Source of the DNA: Amphiscolops sp. MND2022
Lineage: Eukaryota
DNA: 64,000 nt
Assembly (NCBI GenBank): GCA_964187785.1
Contig: OZ076409.1
Location: 88,848,001 to 88,912,000, forward strand
Direction of reading: 5' to 3'
Under the pieces are notes generated by a model. That model searched no databases. It was not told where the DNA came from and was given only the letters and a program-made list of their open reading frames with translations. The stretch's first letter is position 1. Every line of letters begins with the position of its first letter. Made by a program: the position numbers and the translations under genes. Positions 29,201 to 42,198 of the stretch are shown here, piece by piece.

Positions 29201-29653
29201 TTGCCGTCGAAAAAACTGCGATTGAAAATTCTTCCGGAAATATTTTATGAGCCGATTTTTACTAGTTATCGGTTCAATGGGATCTCATATCATTTCCGCT
29301 CAAACCATATAGTCCTAAGACTGTAGGCGAAAAGCTCGAAGCAATTAGATGCATGCGGAAAGTACTCGAATAGACGAGATAAATGCGCTGTGGAACGTCT
29401 TTCTACGCAAATTTGGGTTTTTTCTCAAACAATTAAACTTCATACATTAAAGGTCGTTCGTGGTGCGGGCCTTCTGATTCTTTTCGAGTAATACTCGGAT
29501 CGTAATCAGTAAAACGAGAAAACCACCCAGAGGTCGTTAAAGGTGCGGGCCTACTATTCTGTGAGCAATAGTGAAACGAGAAAACCGGTTTATGAGCACA
29601 TTACGAGGTAACGTCCAAAATTAGCATTTGGTTCGATTGTTATTAGATTATCT
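23266..29653 (+). mobile_element. Nested/tandem array of non-autonomous Helentron-like elements, left part
   Basis: Three head types, each after a T run. C: GGGGCACGAGCGGAGCGAGATGCCC (23266, 25948). B: AAGGCGACGAGCGAAGCGAGGGGCCTTATTG (23307, 24260, 27866). A: GAGGCTTCGAGC...CGAAGTCTCTATTG (24307, 25991, 27913). Tails are GCTCGAAGCC or GCTCGGAGCC, a GCGCAA..TTGCGC hairpin and CTATG-T run (ending 24254, 25944, 27860). Confidence 0.7.
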
Positions 29654-29675
29654 CATTACGATACACATGCCGGTA
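29654..29675 (+). repeat. Left TIR
   Basis: CATTACGATACACATGCCGGTA, directly followed by a 26-bp perfect palindrome CGAACTAGCAGGATCCTGCTAGTTCG (29676-29701). Confidence 0.9.
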
Positions 29676-30878
29676 CGAACTAGCAGGATCCTGCTAGTTC
29701 GATTTTTGTCCAATCAGAGCGCGAATATTTTTTTTGGAAGTTTTACACTTTTCTCACATTACGCGCATTGATAGGCCGTTACACTCGTTGATTTTGCTAC
29801 GTACGTTGACTGGTTTACACCATTGGATAGTACAGTAATTGACTAGCTTACACCATATGACTAGTTTAAGCAATTTGACTAACTACACTGTGCATCTCAT
29901 ATTTACACATAGTTCTGGCAATTACGGGTTTTTACTGGTGAGCTACACACGCCGACTCGTAACTACACTGCTTGATTCGCCTACACAGTATCAAATCGCA
30001 TAAACAGTAAATCTGACTACAGGAAGTGCTCACGACAGGGACCAAAATTACCAAGTTCAATGAAGCAACCGCCCCTTCATTATGAGACCTACTTTCATTT
30101 GTTTGGGAAGTCTTGGATGGGGGGGGTGTTGTTGGATAAGAAACAGTATTTATCTGAGGGAGGATAAGGCACATGGTCCAAACTTCGTTTTTAGTTCAAT
30201 AATTCAAGATCGGTATTCCATAAACTACTGTTTTCGGTTTGATAAAGTTTCAACTTCGTATAGATTATTTGTTACAACTTCTCTTGATGTTGCTCACAAC
30301 AGGGATCAAAACCAAATATGTACGTTATTAATTTTTTATTGAATAATATCAATAAACATCAATTAATTTTTAATCGATTGAATAAATGAATAATATCATG
30401 AATCCTCACAATCGAATTCATTATTTGTATATTTTAATTCATTTATTTTTATTTTTATTTATTTTTATTTATTATAACCTTTCAGCTATATCGCCTTGAA
30501 AGGAATCAATTCCCCGGGAATGGGCCATTCGCAAATAATGAAGAGTGACTCTTCAACATTTGCGAATGGTAATTGATTTCTTTCAAGGCGATATAGCTGA
30601 AAGGTTAGCGCGCATCAGAAATGCAATACAGTTAATTATGACGTCACAGGTGTTCGGTATCGGTGAAAATTTCGTTCAGTCCCGGCATGGTTCGTGAAAG
30701 GATTTACGAAATTGAAACTTTTTCGTGAAGTCTTTCATTTTGTCACTCATTTCTTCCCTCGCTCTATACAAATCTCTAAAATCTCTACAAGTCTTTAAAA
30801 TTTCATTCTTATTCTTATTCTTCCTTCTATCCTTTCGCCATTCTAAATCAACAGCCAACATTCTGAATAGCCCAATCG

Positions 30879-31094
30879 ATGAGGGTGAAGAAAGCTGCTG
30901 CTTCGAAGAATAAAGAATGCATGATCTGCTACGAAAACTTTAGAATAGTAGAATTACAAAGTTTTCACCTAGAACATAAATTACATTTAGCTTGTAGAGA
31001 GTGTATAAAACACTATTTAGATAGTTTAGCGAGTGCTGACCTTGTTAGATGTCCTTACTGTAGATTACCTGTAAATAGCATTTTGTATAATTAA
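30879..31094 (+). CDS. Small RING-finger protein (putative E3 ligase); 5' end uncertain
   Basis: CMIC...HLEHKLHLACRECIK...RCPYCR has RING-type Cys/His spacing and the terminal CPxCR signature. Confidence 0.7.
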   Translation: MRVKKAAASKNKECMICYENFRIVELQSFHLEHKLHLACRECIKHYLDSLASADLVRCPYCRLPVNSILYN

Positions 31095-31439
31095 ATTTTT
31101 GTAAAAGTGTAGTTAGTATAATTTTGTAGAATTTGTAAATTAGATTTTGAGACCCTTCAGAGGCCACGTTCGCGTCGTGGGTCTTGTTACGGGCGACACT
31201 ATGTGATCCCCAAACTGAGAGCCTCTTTAAAACTACATCAAAATGGGCAAAAGTTTTTTTCGTTGAGATTTGTAATCTCAGCTAGAATTTGTGCCCGACA
31301 AAAATTACTTGTTCAATTTATAGTTACTCCAGTTACAACGTTTCTTGATGTTGCTCACGACAGGGATCAAAACCACATATGTACGTTATTAATTTTTTAT
31401 TGAATAAAATCAATTATATTTTTATTTAATAAATGAATA

Positions 31440-32850
31440 ATATCATGAATTGACAATATATTGTTCGAAATAATAAATTCGATTGTGAGGAATACTCTTC
31501 AACATTTGCTCAGCGTTGGCCTTGATCTTGTCAATTTCGGCACCGGTGTCCTCCAGATTTGTTCTAACTTGCGATAGATTCTTCAGCTGTTCTTTCAGTT
31601 TCTTCGGATACATAACAATCACAATCTCAATACCTGTAAGGACTCCTCTATGTCGAAATACAGTTGTTGCGCTCTTTCCTCCACGTTGGAAGAAATGGCG
31701 TTGTATCTGTTCATGATTCCGATCACGCGGTCGCTCAAACTAGCCACTGATTCGTTATCTTGGGTGCTGTTCTGAATCTGTGAGTTTTGAATGGTTTTGT
31801 ACTGTAGTGATATTATTATTACTACAACAACTATATTATTAAGCAACAAAGCACGCGGAAAGAGAGCAAATAAACAAATCTCATTGGCTAAATAACGTCT
31901 CACGCGCTCATTTCATTGGTCGAGAGCGATTTCCAAAACATCATTTTTTAGTTTTTTGAATTTTTGACCCACTTACAAATTTTTTGATTTCAAAACAATT
32001 TTAACAGAAAAATTCTCCCAAACATTTTGAATCTGACAATATAATTTTTTCTCGAAAATATTGTAAATTGTATTAGTACGAGCTTGTTTTAAGTGGTTAT
32101 ATTTCAAAATCGTATCTTAATACATGTATTTTCGAAAAAGTTCAATTTTACAGCGCATTTTCTTTACGATTTTAAGATGATTTCTAAATCAAAACATATC
32201 AGGAGCTTCAGTTAAATCAGGGGGGTCAATTGAACAAAAATTTTTTGAAAAATTTTGGGGAAAAGTAGCCCAAAAGTGAGAAAAACCTCAATTTTGACCT
32301 AAATTTGGCTAAAAATGGCCTATCGTAACTTCTACAATTTTCATCGCATAGTCTTCAAACAAACATATTTGTAAACTAGATAAAAATCTAAGAAACTTTC
32401 ACTTTATCATTTTTCAAAAATCGCTGCTGTTTTAGACATATTCGGTTTTGAGATTTGCCTTTTGTTGCTTTTAATAATATCACTACTGTACAAGGCCTCA
32501 ACATATTCTTCTGTAACTTGCCAATTGAGATTATCTGAGCTTGAACCCCTTCTTGAAGTTCCAGGCATTTGTTTTGTTCTTGCTTCAAATTCTCCTCACT
32601 GAGGGTTGCGAAGTTTTGGGCATTGAAGTGGGAAACCAAGGGTTCAATTTCCTCCATCCATTCTTCAAGTGGGTAGGAAAGATCTTCAATTTCGTCCACC
32701 GAAGGTCGTCCTTGAGTCAAGAAGTTGTTCACACATTGACCATTCGCTTTCAAGTTTGACAGGTTGGATTTCAGACTGTGTAATAGGTCTAGAAGTTCGT
32801 GTCGAGACGACCGATCTTTTGTTCGCTTTGCAAGTTGATCATCAGAAAAA
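31440..32850 (-). CDS. Putative spliced coiled-coil protein of unknown function (model unresolved)
   Basis: ORF pieces 32388-32753 and 31619-31903 are E/Q/K/L-rich and heptad-like. Candidate acceptor CTACAG at ~31802. Confidence 0.3.
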
Positions 32851-32987
32851 TTTGTCCTTCCAGATGACGACTCGTTAGTTGGTTCTAAAATCTGATTGGA
32901 CGAAACAGTTTTGGCTTCAGTATCTCAGTATCGGATGCGAATTTTACCCCGGAGGTAAAATTCGCATCCGATACTGAGATACTGAAG

Positions 32988-33358
32988 CAGGGGTGTTCAA
33001 TTAATTATTGCAAAGAACAATTATTGCAATTCAATTTAAGTTAAACAATTACAATTATTGATTTTACGTCTCTGTTTTCCAACAATTATTGATTGCTCGT
33101 AATCCTGTGGGGGAAATTATTAATTGCAGTGTAACATTAACAAATCGAAAAAGTTGGTTACTTGAAAAAAATCCTGTCGAGCGAGATTTATGATGACTTA
33201 TTATAGAAAGAAACTTTCAAAGTTCGCAGAGCAATTTAAGTTTCTTCATCAGTTTGTTTTTGAGCACAATAATTTCAATTATTGATTTTTGTGGAAAATT
33301 GAATTATTGATTTTCGTAGGCTTAGATTTAAATTACAATACAATAATGAATACCCCTG
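32988..33358. mobile_element. hAT-like MITE
   Basis: TIRs CAGGGGTGTTCA / TGAATACCCCTG; 8-bp TSD TACTGAAG on both sides. A related fragment lies at ~11230-11410 in reverse orientation. Confidence 0.85.
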
Positions 33359-33417
33359 TACTGAAGCCAAACTGTTTCGTCCACATTCAGAAATGATTTT
33401 AGAACCGATGTTACATT

Positions 33418-33783
33418 CAGGGCTACCGAAAAATTCTTTTAGTTTTTTTCATTATTTTTATATTTATAGATTTATTTTAGATTTAATGCCCATAAATAAC
33501 AATATTTTCTCAAATAAATAAATTATGGCCATAATTTTAAATTATATGAAAAAATTTCGCATATGTTAGAAATTTACAATAGCCTACATACGGCAAGCTG
33601 CCTTGGTGGTAGCGTCGCCTTTATTTGCTTTGTAGATCATTTTATTTCTAAAATAATGGAAAATTCCGAAATAATTATGGTATTTTTCGAATGACAGAAA
33701 TAAATTTTCTGAATGGAAATATACTAGAAATAAATTATTTATCAAAGATAATGGTTCGATCCATTATTTTTTCGGTAGCCCTG
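33418..33783. mobile_element. hAT-like MITE
   Basis: TIRs CAGGGCTACCGAAAAA / TTTTTCGGTAGCCCTG; 8-bp TSD GTTACATT. Confidence 0.9.
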
Positions 33784-33864
33784 GTTACATTTAAAATTAC
33801 TATTCTGCTCTTCTAGTACAGTTGTGTCAACTGTACTAGAAGAGCAGAATAATAACTTTAAATT

Positions 33865-34326
33865 CTATCGTGTTGTTCGGCAGTTCATTATGTACGGCCT
33901 GTCGTCGAGAGCCCCAGGTTTCCAGTATTCGTCACAAGGATTGGTTTCCGAGTCTTTGAAGGAAATGACTGACTCTGATACTTCTCCATTCGGTGATACA
34001 GCCCTTTCTATGAAAGAGAACCTCACTGTTTTTGATCCTACCGTAGTGACTGCTTTTTTGTTCCCGGAGTGGGTGCCAGTGGAGTGGAGTGGGTGCATTA
34101 GAGTGGGTGCCAGTGGAGTTGGAGTTTCAGGAATGGGTGCCCTTCTTTTGATTCTCCAAGCTCTCGGATATGTGGGAGTTGCTTCAAGTTGATTGGTGGT
34201 TGAGTCCGAGATTGGTGCTGAGTCAGCAAAAGGCACATTTTTTCTGTGTGGTGGTCCACAGTTTGAGATCATTTCATCTATTGGACGAATACACGACCTG
34301 ATTGGCATTGCTGCGGGATCGAACAT
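33865..34326 (-). CDS. Hypothetical 153-aa Pro/Thr-rich protein
   Basis: ATG-initiated ORF, GC-richer than its surroundings. No recognisable domain. Confidence 0.35.
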   Translation of the reverse strand: MFDPAAMPIRSCIRPIDEMISNCGPPHRKNVPFADSAPISDSTTNQLEATPTYPRAWRIKRRAPIPETPTPLAPTLMHPLHSTGTHSGNKKAVTTVGSKTVRFSFIERAVSPNGEVSESVISFKDSETNPCDEYWKPGALDDRPYIMNCRTTR

Positions 34327-34925
34327 GATAGATATTGATGATTGCGAGAGGAAGAAGGTTGAAAATATTGATGTGAAAGAATTGACTGATTCGACTTTGC
34401 TGTTTTTGACAAGTTCAGAAGTTGATTATGAAATTAAGATTTGATGAAAACAGAAGTTGATGATTGCGAGAGATATGAAAGCAAGTTGACAGTATCGTTG
34501 TAAAAGGTTTGACTGAATCGACTTTTCAGTTTTCGACAGAAATTCAGAAATCATTATTAGAAAGCCTCAATTCGTAATTGTAATTAGTTAATCGTGTAAG
34601 GACTTTGCTGCGGTTATCGACAAAATTTGAATAGTCATAATTAAAATGCCTCAAATCTACCCTTTCCTGCAGTATTAATTAATTAATCGTCACGGTGTTA
34701 ATGGTGTTAATTAATGCTTACACGGTGTAAGCACTTCTCAGCAGTTTTCGACAAACCTTCACTGAACAGCCTGTGGCACCTTCACTGGCAGTTGTCCTTA
34801 TTCAACACGCCTCAATTCTAAATTTACTGCAGTGGTAATTAAATAATCGTTTAAGTACTTGGAGATTTGGAATAGACATTTCAGGTTGATAGAGTTTTAG
34901 ACACAAACAGAGTTTTAGATTCGTA

Positions 34926-35220
34926 TAGACTATTTGTTACAACTTGATGTTGCTCACGACAGGGATCAAAACCACATATGTACGTTATTAATTTTTTCGT
35001 AGTGATAAATGAATGAACTTTGTTAGACTATTTGTTACAACTTGATGTTGCTCACGACAGGGATCAAAACCACATATGTACGTTATTAATTTTTTCGTAG
35101 TGATAAATGAATGAACTTTGTTAGACTATTTGTTACAACTTGATGTTGCTCACGACAGGGATCAAAACCACATATGTACGTTATTAATTTTTTAGTAGTG
35201 ATAAATGAATGAACTTTGTT
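34926..35220 (+). repeat. 3 x 98-bp tandem repeat, each unit carrying the element's dispersed motif
   Basis: TAGACTATTTGTTACAACTTGATGTTGCTCACGACAGGGATCAAAACC... recurs, with the motif at 34952, 35050 and 35148. Confidence 0.95.
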
Positions 35221-35720
35221 AATTCCATAAACTTTGTAAACATACATATGTACGTCATTCAATTCTGTAAAGTATTAATTATTTCATTTTTTGAAACCAT
35301 TGAAACAAATACAATTATATCGACATAATAACTGAGATGAAAGAATCATCTTGACTATCATCTTATTTTGAAATGAATGAAAGTGGCACTACCGAAGTAC
35401 CGCGTTGGTTTACTAAACCAAATAATAAGTGGAGACGGTTATTTGTTACAGGTACAGAGGTTATAAATTAACTAGGTGGTTACTTAGTGAAAGGATTAAA
35501 AGGACTTGCAAGTTGTCAAGTCATGAAACAAAGCCAGTTGTTCGTACATAGAAACAAGATAATGACAAAATAAAGTTCAAATCGTTCGTACGATGTGTTC
35601 TATATGTCCCGGGCCGATTGTTGGCCATTCGATCTTCAAACAACCGTGTGACAAGACTGATATATCTTTTCAAAAATCATTGTACTTATTGACCACCTGA
35701 AACACATTAACCAACTGGAA

Positions 35721-36104
35721 ATGCTTTGCGCTGTCTGTGGAGAGAAGATCTTTTCGCGTTTTTGGATTCTCCATGATAAACACGCGATATGTAATCAGTG
35801 CCGTCAAGCCTGGATCAAAGTGCTTGAGAGGTAAGTTTCACAGAACTTTGCTTTGAAAAATTGTTATTGAAGCTGTTTTCACTTTTCCTTTCTGATAATT
35901 TTCACTGATCAATTTTTTGAGGCGTGTCCTTTACATTTTTGTATTCCTGAAATTTTTGGTACACACGTGGTTACAAAACAAACTCATTCTAGATATCGTT
36001 CGAAAATTTTGATCACTGTGATTCACAGGGAAAGCACTGATCGTGCCCTTTGGGTGAAGTGCCCACTCTGCAGGAAACAAGGATGCCTGCTCAGGCTGAA
36101 ATAA
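35721..36104 (+). CDS. Two-exon small RING-finger protein (61 aa), absent from the ORF track
   Basis: Exons 35721-35830 (AG|gtaagt) and 36029-36104 (ttcacag|G) splice in phase to MLCAVCGEKIFSRFWILHDKHAICNQCRQAWIKVLERESTDRALWVKCPLCRKQGCLLRLK*. Confidence 0.7.
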
Positions 36105-37444
36105 TGTCTGAACCCGAGGGACTCGAAGTTTCGTTGAAACGATTTCAACGACTTTTCCACTATTTTTGAAACTTTAAAGTTTCAAAACTCATTATTTATT
36201 TGCTCTACAAGAGATAAATTTTTTATTTTCAATTATTTTTTGTGATTTTATAATGTTCATAAATTCCATTATAAAACTGGTGCTATTTTTGTATTCAAAA
36301 TACAATATTCAATGAAAGTTGTTTTCTTTCTGAAAACACTTCCTAAGAAAAGAAGGATACTGTGGTTGAAAACAAAGACAGTTTCTCAGAGCTGGTACTT
36401 AACTTAAAATATGGTTTAGCAACTCTGTTTTATATTTGCTCACGACGGATCAACTTTTGAAAAGGTAACCTGTATTTATGTTGCTTCTCCGAGCTGCGTC
36501 AAGAATAATTAAAATAACTTGAGTCTTGGTCTATAGCAAACATAACAAACTTGAGTCAACTTGAAGTACTTTTATCAACTTTTGAAAAACAGCAGCCGCC
36601 GGCGGAACGAACGAATAGATATCATTGGCTAATTGATGCCCACATGTTCATTTCATTGGTTGAGAGCTCTAGTACTGTGATTAGGAAAACACCCACCGAG
36701 CATTTTCAGGCTCGATTTTTTCGGAATCAATTGAAAATTTGTAAAATTGTCAGAAGGAAACTATTCTTAAATTTTCTTCTAGTTTACATTAGTTTAACGT
36801 TGAAATTTTTCAGACGAAAATTGAAAAAGTTACAGACAACTGAATCTGAATTGGGACGTTTGACCGTTTTTCTATTCTTAAACAACCTTAAACACTGTTT
36901 TTCTCCTTAACAAAGAGACTTTTGCTTCTATTATTCATACTCGGCCTGTACTGAAAGAGAAAACATACGATGCAAGGGAGCACAAAGGCGAAGTTAATTG
37001 GAAACTCCCTTCCGATGACCCGATGATTTCCGGCGGCCATCAATGATTGATTTTGACGGTATTTGATATTTTTTTTGGAAACAACCACCCGATATTTCCG
37101 ACGGTAGATGTCCCTCTTTTTTTGGGAACAACTACTCGACATTTCCGACAGTAATTGTCCAAAACACAGTTGATACAATTCAGAACATTACAAACTTACA
37201 AACGATCAAGGCTGTACAAACTTTGAATGCACTATAAATCGAAGGTAAATTGTACACATTAACTTATTGAATGAATAGTAACCTAATAATTGAATAATGG
37301 TCAACAACAATTTTTTTTACCGTGAAATTATTAGTTAAAATAAAGATTTTAACTAGACTATGAGGTAATTGGACTTTGCCGTAATAATTTGCTGAATGTT
37401 TTGCTGAATTTGCTATGAACAAAAAAATACCAGGTTGTTGACGG

Positions 37445-37804
37445 CAGGGGTGTTAAAAAATAATTCTAGGTCACAATAATTGCAATAAAATTGTATACAA
37501 TAATTATTTTCAGAACGTTATCAAATACAATACATTGTTGATTTTTCTCAATAAGGAAAGAATTCGGAGACATGAGTTGGGTGCCAAATACTTCCAATTT
37601 GGCGGACTTTTCAGTCAAACTAATAATGATCAACGAACAATTTTCGGATGGTAATTTGATCAACAAATTGATTTGATTGGTTTTTCAAACAATCTTTTTC
37701 ATAGACACAATAATTGCAATTATTGTTTCAACAAAATTCAGAATAACAAAAGATTGTTTTATTAGTATTGCAATAGTATTGCAATGCAATATTTAACACC
37801 CCTG
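37445..37804. mobile_element. hAT-like MITE
   Basis: TIRs CAGGGGTGTTAAA / TTTAACACCCCTG; 8-bp TSD GTTGACGG. Confidence 0.9.
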
Positions 37805-37972
37805 GTTGACGGTCATTCGGAAAATCTAGAGCAGTTTTTCAAGCTACAAGTTTATACCGAGCCACAGTGTACAACTTACTGAGCACAACAAATAACTCGG
37901 AGACAAGAAAGTTCAACATGTTAAGTTAACAATGATCGAGAACTTCTTAAGCACAACTCAGTCTGTACGCAA

Positions 37973-40900
37973 CTACAAGCTGTATGCAGGGACATGATGG
38001 CTCATGATCGAAGCAACGTAACGATCAGTAGATGGTCTGAATTCTGAAACAAAAACATTGAATTCGATTACCACTCCATTAATTTCATTTTGAAGTCTTT
38101 TTAGGAAATGAGAAAATCAAATGTAAGCCTTACGGATGTTCAACCAGGTGACCAGTTTTGAGTTGAATATCATCACTTACATTACCACTATGTATACTAA
38201 GACGAAACAACCAGGATGTAACTAAAATAAGCAAACTTACCACGGTCTTGAACGAGGGTTTTTCTTTTCGGCATTTTGTGCAAAGCTCTGACTGTTTGTG
38301 ACGGTCGCGGGTGCACATACGTGATGGCTTCCTCATAGCTGATCAAAACATCACGATTCGGCTCGTCAACATCAGGTCTTCGGCACAAGAAAGTGAGGCG
38401 CTCCTCAGAAATTGCTTCCTTCGGGACCATCACGCCGTCCTCGTTTGTAAACCAGTTCCTCCTTCTGAAGCAAGGCTTGGGGCAAAGAAGATATGCCCTT
38501 TTTGAGGCCGTTTCCGTGAAAGCGGTGACATGAACATCGTTTACGAAGTCTTTGCGCGAGCAAATATTGTAAACGAGTCTCTCCTTGCTGAATTCGGGGC
38601 AAATCTGAAACAAAACTCGTGATAACTCACCAAGCTATTTGATCAACTTTGTTGATCATCAACAAATAATGTTGATGATGACCTTGTGGCTCACGACAGG
38701 GACCGAAATTAAAATTGGTAATCATTACCACCTTTAATTTTGGTCCCTGTCGTGAGCCACAACGTCATCATCAACATTATTCATTATGATTACCAATTTT
38801 AGTTTTGGTCCCTGTTGTGAGTCACAACACGGCTTCAATATACAAATACTTAATTCGATAACTTAGTTTGATTCTAAACGATTGTGAACTAAAAAATACA
38901 ACTCACAGCAACAGCTTCACTTTCTTGATATCGATTCTCAATGGCTCTGTGAAGACGAAGGAAGTCCGGAGTTATCATGCATCTCTCTGATGCTTTGAGC
39001 ATCAAAATAGCTAGCATTTCCAACATGCCCGGAAACTTCTCATGCTCCCTGGTGGAGTCTTCTTCAATGATCGCCTTTATGAACTGGTTCGAATGACCTT
39101 CTGAAAGGAAATTCGTCCCTATTGCCACAGAGTCTCCACTTGTGAGGACTGTATGGATGTACTGAGACGGCATGGCGAAAACGTCGCCCGGATTAAGAGT
39201 AACCCTGAGGCAACCCCCCTCCAGTCTTTTGTGGCATCCAAAAAATGTTGGCCTAAAACGAAAACTGTTGGAACTCTAAGCGACTATTCTTAAAATATTC
39301 GGCGATGCAAAAACAATATAGTGCATTGAAAGTTGAAAATTTCGCAAATACAATGAAAACACGTACGGAAATGATGGCCCGTGATGCAAAATGATGCAAA
39401 AATACAAAAATAGATGAACACAAAAGCTGAAATTCCTTGGTGAAAAAATTCAACTCACATGTCGTCGGATTCTTGTTTGGACCAGGCATCGAACAACTTC
39501 ATGTTGTTTTCAGTTGGCGCAACCAGAAAGAAGGTCTTGGACCCAGTCAAGACTGTATAAAAGACAGATGTTGAACTGAAGTCCGTGTGCCAAGTTGTTT
39601 GACAACCATCGTTGGAGATCAGCAAGTAGTATGAAGTCGCTACTGAGAACGGTTCTGCTGACTTACTGACCAGCTCGTCCACAAGGTGGTTCACTGACGA
39701 CTTTTTTATCATCGTTGGCACGCTGTAGATGGACTGAAAAGACAAAAAAATCAATATAAGTTGAAGTTGTTTCAAAACAATGTGCATTATGTTGAATAAA
39801 ATCCTCAAAGTCCAATTTGTACGCAACTACTAGCAAACAGGGGGTTGGGGAAAACAATAAAAGAAAAGTCGTTTTTCAGTGGATTTGCGTTTTCCATCAA
39901 ATCAAAGGGGCTCATTCAATGTTGTTTACCTTTGGCTGCATGGCGATGTCTATAGCGTTTAAAGGATAGTAAACGCTGCTTCTGTCGGCGTTGATGAGCT
40001 CCTGCTTGAACTCGTCGAGACTGAGGTCACGACTCTGAAATGAAATGATCATAAAGTGACTAAGACGGGAATAAGACGGACAACTTTCTCATTGTTAGAA
40101 TAGTTCAAATGCAGTTGTTCGACAAATTCAACTTGCCCAAGTTGGAGAATGAGCTCACGACAGGGATCAAATTGCAGTTGTTCGATATTTACGAAAAATA
40201 CAAGCTTCAACTTGAAGCATTACTTGAAAATTTGAAATTGAAAGTAATTCTACCAAAGACTTGTCCAAGTTGGAAAATGAGCTCACGACAGGGATCAAAT
40301 TGCAGTTGTTCCAGATATTTTACGAAAAAAACAAGCTTCAAATTGAAAGTAATTCTACCAAAGACTTACTTCTCCAAGTTTTGCCGACTTGACATTGATG
40401 GTTGCTGCACTTGCTTGTAGCTTCTGGGGGACTAGAAGCTGTTGGACAACTTCAGTGAAAGCGAGTTCTTCCACTTGAGGCAGCTTCAAACCATGGCAAT
40501 GGTTGACACCTCCACGCCACAACAGAGGCACACTGTGTCTCATCAGGGAATTGAATTTGACGACATGGTCGTCAACGTTGCCTTCCCATTGAGCTACAGG
40601 AAACTTGTAGTCGAGGGGCACTTCCATCGCGAACTTGAAAAATCCATCAGACCCAAACACATCAGAAGGAATGTGGTTGAAATCTTCTGGCCTGAATCGC
40701 TCGTCAGTGTTGCTACTAGTAGACGAATCGGAGCCCAAAGATACTGCAGCCTAAACAGTTGCCACGATAAAATGACTCATTCGGAGTTCCAGTCACATTG
40801 TCACCGTTTAAAACACGGCGTTTCGAGAGTCAAATGGTCAATCAAATCATTCAACATGTGTTCTTAAAGAGAAAAAAATAGGACAGGCACTCACATTCGC

Positions 40901-41537
40901 TCCTTCCTGGCATTGAGGATTCTTCAAAAGGTGCACGCGCAAGTCATAAGGGTAAACATATGACTTGCCACAACCTCTGCCGTAGCATAAGTTAGGCCTC
41001 CGCGTCAAGCCTTTTGCAGCTGCTGTAACATAGAAGTTACATGAATAAAAACACACTTTTTGTTTGAGACCTAGACTTTTTTTTCAAAATCATTGAGTTT
41101 AAAATGTTACAAGTCGATCAATTTTTAACATACATTGTAATGACTAACCGTACTGGTACATTCGGGTAGGCAGGCCTTCTGCTTTCCGCTTTTGCTGCTC
41201 CTTACAATACTTTGTATTGTAGTGCTTCTTCAGCAGTTTTTTGGCGGAAATGATCTGGCCGCAGAGCTGGCACGTTCTCTCCATGAGCTTGAACTGCTCT
41301 CGTGGCATTCGGGGACAGACTTTGCGGTGGCGTATGATGTTGGACAGCTTGTCCACAACGTCACAAGTGCCTAAAAGAAATGCCATATGTCAGATTAAAC
41401 TTTTCCGTGAAAAAAAGTTACAGCTTGATTACGTTACAGCTTGATCACAAAAAAATTGTTATCGAACCTTGGCCGCATGGGACTTTCGCTGGTGTCGTTC
41501 GTCGAGACGTTGATGGCGTGGTCGGCAGTGTTGCCAT
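37973..41537 (-). CDS. Zinc-finger + JmjC histone demethylase-like protein (KDM2/KDM7/PHF8-type), 9 exons, ~653 aa
   Basis: Exons 41537-41468, 41370-41149, 41022-40895, 40750-40370, 40034-39930, 39733-39459, 39252-38907, 38604-38241 and 38043-37973. All introns are GT-AG and phase-consistent (1962 nt). JmjC motifs YLLISNDGCQTTWHTDFSSTSVFYTVLTGSKTFFLVAPT and PSQYIHTVLTSGDSVAIGTNFL keep the HxD...H triad. Three N-terminal C2HC-like fingers. Confidence 0.88.
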
Positions 41538-42198
41538 TTGATATCAACTGAAAAAATTCGCTCATAAGTTATACACCAATCAATATTGTATGAAATTAAC
41601 TATAAAATGATTGTCAAATATATACATCCAACAACTCACAACAAGTCACACTATTCCAGGAAGTCACACGTCCTCATAGATCATTCCTGAGACAACTGTC
41701 ATAGATCATTCAATAGTAAATAAGGTAACAGAGGGAATGTAAACTCGATGCAGTTAAATATTGCGCTCACGACGGGGATCAAAATTTCGACTGATGAACT
41801 TTTCAGAGAAAACGTCACGGCGAAAAGATATACCATGGAAGTATAAGTTGAATTGCGAATATTTGGTTTAATCTATCATCATAGATCTATCATAAGTTTA
41901 AATTATAACATAAAATATTTGTAAGCAAGGCACTGATAATCGTTCAATTTTTTCTGTCATTCATTTAGATTTAAGATCAAATTACGTAATCACATTTTCA
42001 ACCAAAGATGGTTTGAACCATCAAAAATATACGTCTATACCAGTCATTTCGTTCTCACTTTTAATGAGTGAAAGCATTTTCGCTTCTAAGAAATGTACCA
42101 AATTTGAATCACCTAGTAGATAGCACTGAATTGACAATGAAGCGGTCAAATGGACCTTGTCTACTGAATTAGTAATAAAATAAGTAAGTTTTTAGGTA

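Noticed and set aside
34926..35220. CRISPR-like array
   Set aside because: The 98-bp units are identical throughout, with no unique spacers and no cas genes, in a eukaryotic context.
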